From Paragordius varius (taxonomy: Eukaryota > Animalia > Nematomorpha): DNA of 64,000 nucleotides. Numbering within the stretch: the first letter of the stretch is position 1; every line of letters begins with the position of its first letter. Location: assembly GCA_964247055.1 (NCBI GenBank), contig OZ176056.1, positions 8,680,001 to 8,744,000 of the forward strand, read 5' to 3'. Below are positions 11,638-22,169 of this stretch, one piece after another. A model generated the notes under the pieces. That model saw only the letters and a list, made by a program, of their open reading frames with translations. It was not told the origin of the DNA and made no database searches. Made by a program: the position numbers and the translations under genes.

Positions 11638-14600
11638 TTTTTCACGCATGTAAACACATGCTTTTAATCGAGTGGGAAAGGTATGGTATACCTACCCATC
11701 TCTTATCGATCTTTTTACCAAAAACATTGATTTTTACCTTCTCCGAATATTAGAAATAGTTAGATCCTATTCCTTACATATCCATAACATATTTCCTATT
11801 CACATTCTTTCATTCGAAGGACATTCTGCTAATGTTGAAATCACGCAATCTCAGCATCCGCATCGCCACATGGAATTTACGCGGATCCTACAAAAACCAC
11901 AAACTAGATATTGTCGTTAACGAGATGACTAAGCATAAAATTGACATACTAGGAATTTCAGAATCACACATCCCCTCTACCGGAACCTTAGAATTCGACA
12001 ATCATATTTTATATTATTCCGGCCACGACTCATCAAAATACAACGGTGTCGGCATAATAATGAACAAAAAACTAGCTAACTTATCGGACATTTTTAATCC
12101 AATCAATGATCGTATTATCGCAATCCGCATACAAACAACCCCTCAACCCATTACTATCCTCCAAATTTATGCACCTACCTCCTCTTACAGCGATGACGAC
12201 TGTGAAAAATTTTATAGCGATCTCGACTTGGCGATTTCCCAAATTTCAAAAAAGGATATCATATTTATCTTAGGCGATTTTAATTCAATCATCGGAACAG
12301 ACAAAACACCTCCTATGACGGGCGGCATGGGCTTGGGCATAAAAAACGAGAGAGGAGACAGATTGATTGAATTTTGTGCTAACCATCGTTTCTTCGTCGC
12401 AAACAGCTTTTTTAAACAGCCCAAACGACGTCTATACACATGGCGTTCCCCGTGTCAAAGATACCGTAACCAGATTGACTTCATATTAGCTATGGTAAAA
12501 TACAAAAGTTCATTTCAAAATTTCAAATGCCTACCAGGATCGGATGCTACAGCGACCACAACCTATTGATCGCCAAACTCCGAATTAAATTACAACTTCC
12601 TAAAACATCCAAACCCACAAGAACAAGATTAGATTATGATACAATCGACGACAAGTTTAGCACCGCTTTATCAAATCGTTTCGATTGTCTTGATCATAAT
12701 TCCGAAAACTATCAGGATATAAACTTCTTTTGGAACGATATATATACAATCTGCCGAGACACAGCCGACGAATTCATTCGGCCTCTCAAACGCAATAAAA
12801 ATAAAATAAAATTGTCAGCCAAAAGTCTCGAGATCGCAGAAAAGCGTAGAGACTCAAAAACCAAATGCAAATGGGATAAATACAAACAACTAAACAGTGA
12901 ATTTCAGAAGAGTGCAAGAGAGGACACAAATAAGTATTATGACCAACTATGTGAAAAATTAGAAACAGACGCCAAAAATAACCAAAACCTCTTTGCCCAT
13001 GCAAACAATATATTCCACACAAAAAAGTTTTTTATAAGGGACCTATGAGAAACGACAACAACTCAATCGTCACTGAAAAAGACGAAATTCGCAAACTATG
13101 GCACAAACATATAAACAAACTATACAATGTAATTAATCCCCCAACTATTAACGAACTTACTAAACAAAAAGAACCACCTATTATGAAAGAAGAAGTGGAA
13201 CTCGCCATAAAACACTCTAGCACCGGTAAATCAGAGGGCCACAAAGACATCCCTACTGAAATAATAAAATACATTCCAATCGATATACTCAAACTTTTTC
13301 AAATCATATTTGAGATGGAAAAAATTCCTGAGGATTGGTGTACATCCATTATGATTCCGATTTTAAAAAAAGGGTAACCCAGAACTGTGTGACAACTATC
13401 GCACCATAGCGCTCATAAACCAGGTGTCCAAAGTTTTTCTAAAAATAAAACAATTTCGTCTAAATTCCATTCTTGACCCCGAAATATCCACGATTCAGGC
13501 TGGTTTTCGAAAAGGTAGAGGATGCCGAGATATGATATGTAACATGAGGTGGATAATCGAGAAACACATCGAATTTAACAAAGAATTGCATATGTGCTTT
13601 GTCGATTTTTCCAAAGCATTTGATTCCATCCAGCACAATAAACTACGGAAAGCTCTAAAACAACTCGGAGTATCAACACATTTAATCAACATAGTATTTT
13701 CAATTTATTCAAATTTCATGGCTGTAGTATCTACACCATACGGTATATCTGACCCATGTAGGGTACAAGTCGGCCTCCATCAAGGATGCGTTTTATCACC
13801 AATTCTTTTTAACGCATACCTGGCATTATAAGAAATATCCCACAAACTTACGGCATCAACGTAGGTGGGAACCTACTTACATCCGTTCACTACGCGGATG
13901 ATACAGTCTTATTCGCAGACAGTCTAGACACATTATCGCAAGCTTTGCAAGTGTTTACAACTGAATGCAATAAATTTGGATTAAATATCAATTTAAAAAA
14001 AACAAAAGTCATGCAAATAAATCCGGCTCAAACCAATCCAATAATCCTCAGCGGCAACCAGATCGAAACAGTTAGCAGCTACACGTACTTAGGTAGCATT
14101 ATTAATAATGAGAACAACTCTACGCCTGAAATAAAGCGAAGAATTGCTATTGCTAAAGCAGTAACTTTTAAATACAACAGGATTTGGATGTCACATGACA
14201 TTAAACTACAAACCAAAATCAGATTAATCAAAGCTACAGTTTTCCCCACATTCATGTATGGGGGGGGGGGGGGGGGAAAGCTGGACACTGAAAAAATATG
14301 ATGAACGTCTAATAAATTCTTTCGAATTATGGGTTTGGAGAAAACTTCTTCAAACAAAATGGACAGACAAAGTTTCAAACACCACCATTCTAAATAAAAT
14401 AAACCCAGAAATGTCACTTCTTGGCAGCTTAACACGGCAAAAACTCTCCTTCTTCGGGCACATCATGAGATTCAGCTCACTCGAAAAATCACTGATGCTG
14501 GGGAAAGTGAGTGGTGCCCGAAAAAGAGGGAGTAGACGAACTCGTTGGATGGATAACATCCTTAAAGAAACCAACCTATCCTTATCCGACCTAAACACCA

Positions 14601-14686
14601 AAACCGGAAATCGCAATGAATGGAGAAGCTATATTTTCAATGTTGCAATTAGTCGGAATCCACTTTAGCAAACAACAACAACAACA
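11638..14686 (+). mobile_element. Near full-length RTE-clade LINE (~3.05 kb) with AP endonuclease and reverse transcriptase, disrupted by frameshifts and stops
   Basis: EN motifs IATWNLRGS, GISESH, GDFNS, NQIDFI. RT motifs QAGFRKGRGCRD, FVDFSKAFDS, QGCVLSP and YADD (13891-13902). C-terminal FFGHIMR..G.R.RG..RTRWMD. (CAA)n tail at 14669-14686. Absent at the equivalent site 57560/57561. Confidence 0.95.
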
Positions 14687-14894
14687 ATGATTTATATTAG
14701 CCCAAAAACACCTAATTTATTTGTAGGATGAATTTGAATTGTTCAAGGGTGAATTTTATCTTAATGGTATAAAAAATATCATTCTTTAATGTATATATCT
14801 TGATTGAAAAATGTATAAGGCAGGGTTTTTTTATTTTTAAGGCATATAATAAAAAATTTATTTGCATTTATTATGGTAATTGGTGGATATCTTA

Positions 14895-15173
14895 CAGTAA
14901 AAACTGAAATTATACGAAAAAAAAGTAAAAATATAAAGACAAATATTTTTTTCTAAAAGACAACTATACTTTTGAAATCTTATTTTATATAAATCATTGG
15001 AATTGTAAAATATGATATAGAGATATAAGGTAATACTATCCATTATATATTTTTTGATTATAATTAAATAATTTATTTAGAAAAGTCTAAGGTTTAAAAA
15101 AGTATGATTGTCTTTTGAAAAGAATAATTATCTTTATGTATTTACGTTGAGTCCGTATAATTCAATTTTACTG
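14895..15173. mobile_element. Tc1/mariner-like MITE, ~80-bp imperfect TIRs starting CAGTAAAA, TA on both sides
   Basis: TA|CAGTAAAAACTGAAATTATACG..AAAAGACAACTATACTTTT pairs with AAAAGTATGATTGTCTTTT..CGTATAATTCAATTTTACTG|TA. Family members at 57958-58237 and 63584-63849. Confidence 0.72.
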
Positions 15174-15509
15174 TAAAAAATTGCGATTGAGCAAGTATGG
15201 TTGATTCTTAAAAAAATATTTATCTTTATATTTTACATCCGTATAATTTCAATTACTGTAAAATCGTGGAAGTAGCGCACATTATGTTTTGTAAAATATT
15301 TTCAGTAAAAATTAATGCCCAAAATAAAATATATTGTAACTATATCTGATCAAAATAACCCTTGTAAAAAATTTCATTTTTAATTGTACATTTTAATTTT
15401 TGCCCTACTAAAAAGGACTAGTTATCCTGAATTAAACGATGCCGAGATTTAGCAATCAAATTGAAAAACAATTTAGATCGAAAGTTCGGACAAATATTCG
15501 GGGCAAACC

Positions 15510-15818
15510 TATAAATATCTATAGTTTCGGGAAAAATGAAATTAAAAATTATACCATTTGCAAGTTGGTCATTTAACACTTCAAATTGGTTTTAACATTA
15601 AGTTTTAAAATACTTTTGGAAAACAACATTTCTAACAAAAAAATATTTTTAGATTATGATTTTGAATGCAAAAATATGTAATAAAAAACAGATTATAAGA
15701 TAAATCAGTATGTAAATTATGGTAAGCAAAAAATGTTTAATCAATTTTAATTGTTAAATGACCAACTTGAGCAAATGGTATTAACTTTTTTATTTCATGC
15801 GAAACTATAGAATTTATA
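15510..15818. mobile_element. Degenerate foldback/MITE-like element, ~80-bp inverted arms
   Basis: 15510-15591 (CTATAGTTTCG..CATTTGCAAGTTGGTCATTTAACA) is the inverse of ~15741-15818 (TGTTAAATGACCAACTTGAGCAAATG..CGAAACTATAG); same at 58574-58881. Confidence 0.6.
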
Positions 15819-16552
15819 AATTTAAATACTAATGTGAACCATTGATCTCAATTGTTAAAATAAAAAAATTTATGCAAAATTTTCTTAAAAATATTTTTTC
15901 CACAAATATCTAAAAACCATAAAACTCATCCAGTTAATAAAATAAAACTGTTGAATAATAAATTATTAATGATTGTGTAGCATCAAAAAATTGTCATTCG
16001 ATTGTTTGTAAATATAATCCTAATTAGTGAAACGTAAATAAATGATAACTACTATATAAAGGTTAAAAAAATTTGAGATGTGTTGGTTAAAAACTTGGTA
16101 AATTATGATAATTAAAATTGAAAACCCATACCACAATTATTTAATTATTTGATGGTAAAGTGCGTCGGTTTAAATCGTGTAGCTCCGAGAACTCTATGAA
16201 AAATTTCAGAATTTGTTAAGTTTTACATTTGCAACTCGTTGCATTTTAAAAAAAATAATCAAATTTAAACTGTTATATGACCTTTAAATGGGTCATTTTT
16301 TGTATTTTTAAAATATTAATTATTAAATGCCTATTTTTGAATTAATTTTTTAAAAAACCAGCGCCCCTTCAACTATGGGGCCAGGTGCTTCAGCCCCCTT
16401 TCTCCCCGATCTAGCTACAACATTTTTCCAAGTATTTCCGCATGAAACTTTTAGCTATCGAATGATATATGATTCTTAAAGAAATTTTTGATTGCCATTT
16501 TCGGCAAAGAAAGTTAAAAAACATTAACATTTATATATATTATATGACATAC

Positions 16553-17403
16553 CTCCCAAGTCAATGAGCAGTGTTTTAGTCCGGTTTTTGGAAAGATTTT
16601 CCCAGCCTGTTATATTTTTAAGTCCCGAATGGTAGGCTGAGAAGTAATGTAATGCTGGTAAATTCGACAACTCTGAAATATTTAAGGAATCAAATCGATT
16701 GTAATTCAAAATTATTTGTTCAATTGATTCATTATATGCAACGTTTGTAAAGTCAACGGAGGTGATATTACTTCTGATATAAAGGGTTTTTAAATGGGGC
16801 CATTTTACAATCAGTTTCAAGTCTCGCAACCCCAAAACATATAAATCTAAAAATTCAATATTATTTGATTTCATAAATAAGTCGGGAGTAACCGTAAAAT
16901 AGATGAGGGTCAAAGATTTTAGGGTTTTAGGGAAATATTGTGCAGAGTTTATTATGTTTGTATCACGACGACTCATAGTTCTGCCTTTTATGGTTAAGGA
17001 GCGAATCATAGGGAATTTTTGCAATATGTCAGATAAATCATAATGATCTTCCGACGCGTACAAAATCACTTATTTCGCGTTTAAATTTTTAGCACCAAAA
17101 GTTTTTGTGTATGTAATCACCTCAAGAGTTTCCAATCTAGGCAAATAAGCTTGCATGGCACTATCATTTGTTGCGTATAGAGTTAATCTCTTTATGCTTG
17201 AGTGATTAATATGACCTACCAAACTAACTTTTTCAAGGTATAAAGTTACGTTTTGCAACATTGGAAAGAGATGTAAAATGGTCCAATTGAAATCTTTCCC
17301 AAAACCTAATATTTTAAGATCAATCGATTCAACCATTTTATGTGTCGAAGACAATACCTTTAACAACTCATATGTATGATTAATATTTGCATCGTAATCT
17401 CGA
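16553..17403 (-). pseudogene. 5'-truncated duplicate of LRR gene exon 3 with a nonsense codon
   Basis: Near-identical to 59630-60480; GAA>TAA at 17070-17072 (NAK*VIL versus NAKEVIL); upstream part replaced at 17404 by block D. Confidence 0.92.
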
Positions 17404-17844
17404 TTGGATATTTTAATATTCCGTAAAGTGAATCCCTCATTCAAAATGTATTGCGTTGGTGGATAGCACTTGAATGTACTGGTCATTTAGAACAAAAAGA
17501 TTTATAATTTTAAACATCATGTAAATGGTTCATCTGATTTATATGAAGTTGTGAGTCACATGTGTTAATTTTAATTCTTCGACTGTGCATAGCAAAATAG
17601 ATAATAAACAGAGCAAAATATTTATATATGCTAAGCAATTTGGCTGTTTTAAAATATAAAGATTGCATCTAATTTTAACATAACGTAAATAGTATAGTCT
17701 AAATTCTTTAAATATAAGGCTTAAAATGCGGCCTCCGTTTTATAAAGTTGCGACCGTAAATATAGGCCCGTCAGCAGACAGAACCGTCAATAATTCAAAT
17801 ATAATTGATTGAAAGCAACTATGATCGCAATCAGAAAAATATTT

Positions 17845-18470
17845 ATAAGTAAAGGGTGGTGAGAAACTCATATTCGAAGGCTTGAGGCCTTCTTCTCAAA
17901 TGGCAACAAGGGATGGGGACATGAATGAAACCAAGCAGCAAGGATTGCCGGATTGAAGGATTACGAGGTAAATATATTGTTTAGGTGTATTGGGAGAAAC
18001 TTTATTGGGGAGGCGTTCACGACGGAGCTGTGCAAAGGAGCTACCCAACCAGAAGCCCTGAATCGAGGTCCTGGACTTGGGAATGGCCTATCAATGGGAT
18101 GACATATGGAAAAGAGGTAAACCTAATGTTTAGGTGGGATGGATGGCCTTTTGGGGATTCATCAGTTGGGACGGAGCTTGTCAAGCCAGCACTACCCCTG
18201 ATGATCAAAACAAGGCACATGCTACTCGGGAGCAGGCTTGGTTGTTGGATGGCGACTTGCTCGGATCAAACAACACTGCTACTTGGAGGATGGCATTCTG
18301 TTGAATGCACAACTCTCATTTTACTTGTGGAGAGTTTTTGGGCCAAATGACTCTCTAGTGGGAGAATATTTCCTCCTTTGGGGAAATCAACTCTTGTTAT
18401 TTTGAGAGAGTTGTTTTCTCCAAACGTGTGAAGGAGGAGGATTTATTTCTCCCATTAGAGAATGAGTCTG
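17845..18470. other. GC-rich island of probable decayed retroelement origin, unresolved
   Basis: Composition jumps to roughly 45% GC; the minus strand is C/A-rich like the RLE fragment; no recognisable domain in six frames; second copy ~39385-40000. Confidence 0.3.
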
Positions 18471-18474
18471 GTCC

Positions 18475-18540
18475 CTAAGTCCAAAATTTTATTTTGTGCA
18501 CTCCTACTCCCGGACGCTCAAAATAAAATTTTGGACTTAG
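18475..18540. repeat. Perfect 22-bp inverted repeat with 22-nt spacer, followed by G19 (18572-18590)
   Basis: CTAAGTCCAAAATTTTATTTTG ... CAAAATAAAATTTTGGACTTAG read directly. Confidence 0.92.
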
Positions 18541-19498
18541 AATATTTTTTAATTTTTTTTTCTCGCCCTTTGGGGGGGGGGGGGGGGGGGTTATATATAT
18601 TTATTTATATTTTTTAATTTTTTTTCAAAAAATATAAGATAAAGTAAACATTATTTATTGACAATAATTATATATATTCATTTTTCTGTTTATTTTCATT
18701 CTTGTCTTGTTGGTTTATTCATGATTAACGTTTTGAGATGGTTTCATTGCATTATTCATGTATTTTCTGAATCTATAAAAATTAATAAACATTAGTTTTA
18801 GAGATTAAATTTTCAATGTTATCATAACCTAATTTTAACTAGTAAATCAAATTTTAAATAATTTTTACAATTATTGTCAATTAATTAGCATCTAGAAATT
18901 ATTAGGAGGTTTAGAACACTTATTTTTTATAAATTTATACGTATGAGCCATTGATTTATAAAATAAAATCTTTATTTTTTAGAGATATTAGCTGTAAAGT
19001 ATAATTTTAGCGGTTAATATTCAATATTAATTCTAAAATCACAATGATTAAAAATTTATTCAAGATGATAAACCGATCCTTAATCTAAGACATAAACCGA
19101 CTTTAACCCTTAATCTAAGCCTAACCCACAAGTTTGGAAGCCTTTAATTGTTAACCTAAACCGCAATAAAATGAGTTTCAAAAAAATATTTTTATTCTTT
19201 TGAATAAAATAATATCAGATATTTACAAAAAAATAACTGTTTATAAATATGATCTTCTATTAATTTTGTGGTTTTTAAATAATATTGAGGCATATGAGGA
19301 CTTTTTTACTTAGATATAAAAAATGGTAAACAAATCATAAAACAAACAGTGTTAGGGTCAAAACAAATTTAGGAAGGCAATAATATCCTACCTATTATAA
19401 AATTATTTATTCAATGATTAAAAAACAAGTATTTCATTCAATAATTAACTACAATGGGATCATTTTAAATAATTCCTCTTATCAATTAATTAAAAAGA

Positions 19499-19611
19499 AA
19501 TGCGTGGGTCTCGGCCTGCTTCGCAGCCCGAGGAAGTCCTGCGGACTTCTTTAAGGAAATGAACCAACTCCAATCCCTCACCCTAACCCTAGCCCACAAA
19601 CTCGAAATCCT
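19499..19611 (-). mobile_element. G4 + double-hairpin cassette, inverted copy
   Basis: AATGCGTGGGTCTCGGCCTGCTTCGCAGCCCGAGGAAGTCCTGCGGACTTC..CCCTCACCCTAACCCTAGCCCAC is the reverse complement of 6209-6321. Confidence 0.55.
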
Positions 19612-22169
19612 AAAAGTTTTTTACCCCTTATTGTAAAATAAATTTTTGCTAAATACCTTAAAATCCCTACCATTAAAAAGCCATTGATCATGTGTTTAGT
19701 ATGTTTATTACATGTAAACCATAAAATAAAACAGTTTAATTAGCAATGTTTACTAGAAATCAAGAGAAAAGGCCATTCATTAAAAGCAAAAATATTTTAA
19801 GAATAAATGATCAAGAACTATTACATGAAAACGAACATAATAGAAAGCATTTTCAATTACAATATCCATTTAAATGGTTGTTTATTTCATACCATAGTAG
19901 GGCAATTCTCAACACAGTAGTGTATGGAAAAACCATACAAAGACTTTAATAAACCATTATTTTCTTCCTTTTTTCCATACAGTACTATTGTGTTGCAATT
20001 TGCCTTACTATTATAGAAATAAGCAACCATTAAAACATATATTGTAATATAAATTTAAATTAACTGAACACGTTTGAAAAACATCGCCATAGAGATAAAA
20101 GTATTTATCGACAATAATTAAAGAAAATTCTTAAAGAGATATAAATTAAAATGACAAATAAGACCATTGTTCAAAGTTATTTGAAAAAATGTAATTTATT
20201 CAAAAAATTCATTAAAAAACTATAATAAAGGTATATTAAATATTATTTAAATTATGGTATAAATTTATCACCTAATCAATAAAAGTGAATCAAAATATTA
20301 TTCAATAAACTTGGGATTTATAAGAAAATAAAAATAAAAACATTTTACAATAATTTAAATTAATGAATTATTAGTGATAAAAAGGTAAGTATTCTAATAT
20401 ATTCATTAAAATTAGTTATTTAAAATATAATTATTTATAAAAATTACTAAACTAAAAAGAGGTATATTATCTATTTTCTTAATAAAAAACAGCTGAAAAA
20501 ACTAGTTACCAAAATTTTAATATTAAACTTAAAATTAATGAAATTTTAAATATACAAAAAATCATTAGTTAAAAAGTCTTTAATTTAAATTTGTTTATAA
20601 TTGGTGATAAAAAATTTAATTTATATTAATTTTATTTTTACGTTTGACAAATATTACTTGTAGTAATCAAAAATTTTTATAGTTATCAAAAATATAATTA
20701 TCTAAACAGCTGACCATGAAAATTGGTTATTTAATACACTGTAAGACAGAAAAACAGATAAATACAATATTTTAAGTTGATAAAAAAGAGATTCTTATCA
20801 ATAGATTACTATAGAAATATTCTAAATTAGTTGTTTGTTGTTCTTATATCTTAGCAAAAATTCTTTAAGAGCCAAAATTTTGAAAAACTCAGGTAACTTT
20901 ATAAAAAAATATTTAAATAATGGTTAAGATATACCATAATAACTTTTGAGATTTTGACTTTTCCGCGCACACAATGTTCAGAAACCACATCATTCTAATT
21001 GAATATAAAATAATGTTTAATAATTAAATGCATATTTTTTCTTTAACAGAAATGCTGGTTGTTATATAGTTTTTTCAATCATAGTTAACGGTTTATTAAT
21101 GATATTTAGCGTTGTTTTAAAAAAATGTGTTCACAAAAACATTATAGCGGTTATTTCTTATTTATTACTAATTAACAAAAAATAAATAAATTGATTAATA
21201 TTTAGCTTTTATAGGAAAAAAACAAATTAACTATTTATTTCTAATAAAATTTAGCGTTTTTTGATGAAAATTAGGTTAAATGTAATCATTTATATAAGAA
21301 TGAAAAACATAGTTTTGAAAATATCAAAAACAAACAGCTGTTACGGCTAATTCAATTAAATTGAAAAAAACATATATATTTAGCTAAAATTCTGCTAAAA
21401 AAATTTTTTTTATACTGCCCTGTAGTTTTTCAAAATTATCTTACAGTAATTTATATCAGCTGATTTTTAATAAATATTGGAGAATAATTATTAAATTTGG
21501 CTGTTTTAATAAAAAAATAGTAATTGCATAATTTGGCTGTAGTTAAAAAAATTTATAAAAAAATATCAGTTTTTAATTATAATTGAACTGTATTATAAAG
21601 GATATCAACATAACTCTCCTATTAGAAATAGCTAGGGGTTTATTGGTATATAACTATATTATTAAAATCCAACTGTTTCTTAGCGATTAAATAACTTATA
21701 AGACCAGGATTTTAATTAGGTTATTTATATGCAAATTCAAATTTTTAAAAGGAGCTCTGTAGTTTTTTTAAAAAATATAAGCTAATTAACGGGTATAAAA
21801 ATTTAAGCTTTTTACAAAAAATTTACTCTTTAAAAACCTAATTAATCAACTTTTTTTATAAATGTGGCATTTGGATAATTAAAGTAAAAATAAATACCAA
21901 ATTCCGAAATATTCAAGGCTTACATTTTTTATTACGATTCGTTTCAGTTTTTGCGCAAATAATCGATTAAGGCAACGCATTTCTATATTAATATAAGGTA
22001 AAAATTATAAATTGTTATATAAAAATATATTATTAAACAGTATTTTTAATAAATCAACTGTATAAATTAATCATCAGTTAAAAGAAACCATAAATAATCA
22101 ACTGTACAAATAAATAAACTGTTTTAAATATTATGAACTATTTAGATAAATTAAATAAATCAGCTGATA

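Larger units (their letters stand above)
14687..17403 (+). repeat. Duplication block C, copy I (matches 57562-60480)
   Basis: Colinear with copy III up to the abrupt junction GTAATCTCGA|TTGGATATT. Confidence 0.93.
17404..22160 (+). repeat. Duplication block D (matches 38947-43560 with patchy identity)
   Basis: Starts TTGGATATTTTAATATTCCG in both copies; near-identical tracts alternate with visibly diverged tracts. Confidence 0.9.

Noticed and set aside
12212-14616. Minus-strand ORFs within the LINE
   Set aside because: Antisense shadows of the RTE reading frame.
16358-16422. hAT-like MITE end (GGGGCC..TAGCTAC)
   Set aside because: No partner terminus or TSD found; 23 bp are missing in copy III; too short to call.
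18196-18230. Hammerhead ribozyme core (CTGATGA)
   Set aside because: No downstream GAAA with compatible stems; the surrounding sequence differs between copies.
17985-18350. 121-aa ORF as a gene
   Set aside because: GTG start, not preserved in the second copy because of indels, and no domain.
19499-19611. Telomerase RNA (CCCTAACCCTA template-like tract with a GTGGGT/GCCCAC closing stem)
   Set aside because: No pseudoknot, CR4/5 or H/ACA elements; multi-copy with truncations; the stable triloops and G4 lie on the opposite strand and favour DNA. It is not an SL RNA or snRNA either (no Sm site).
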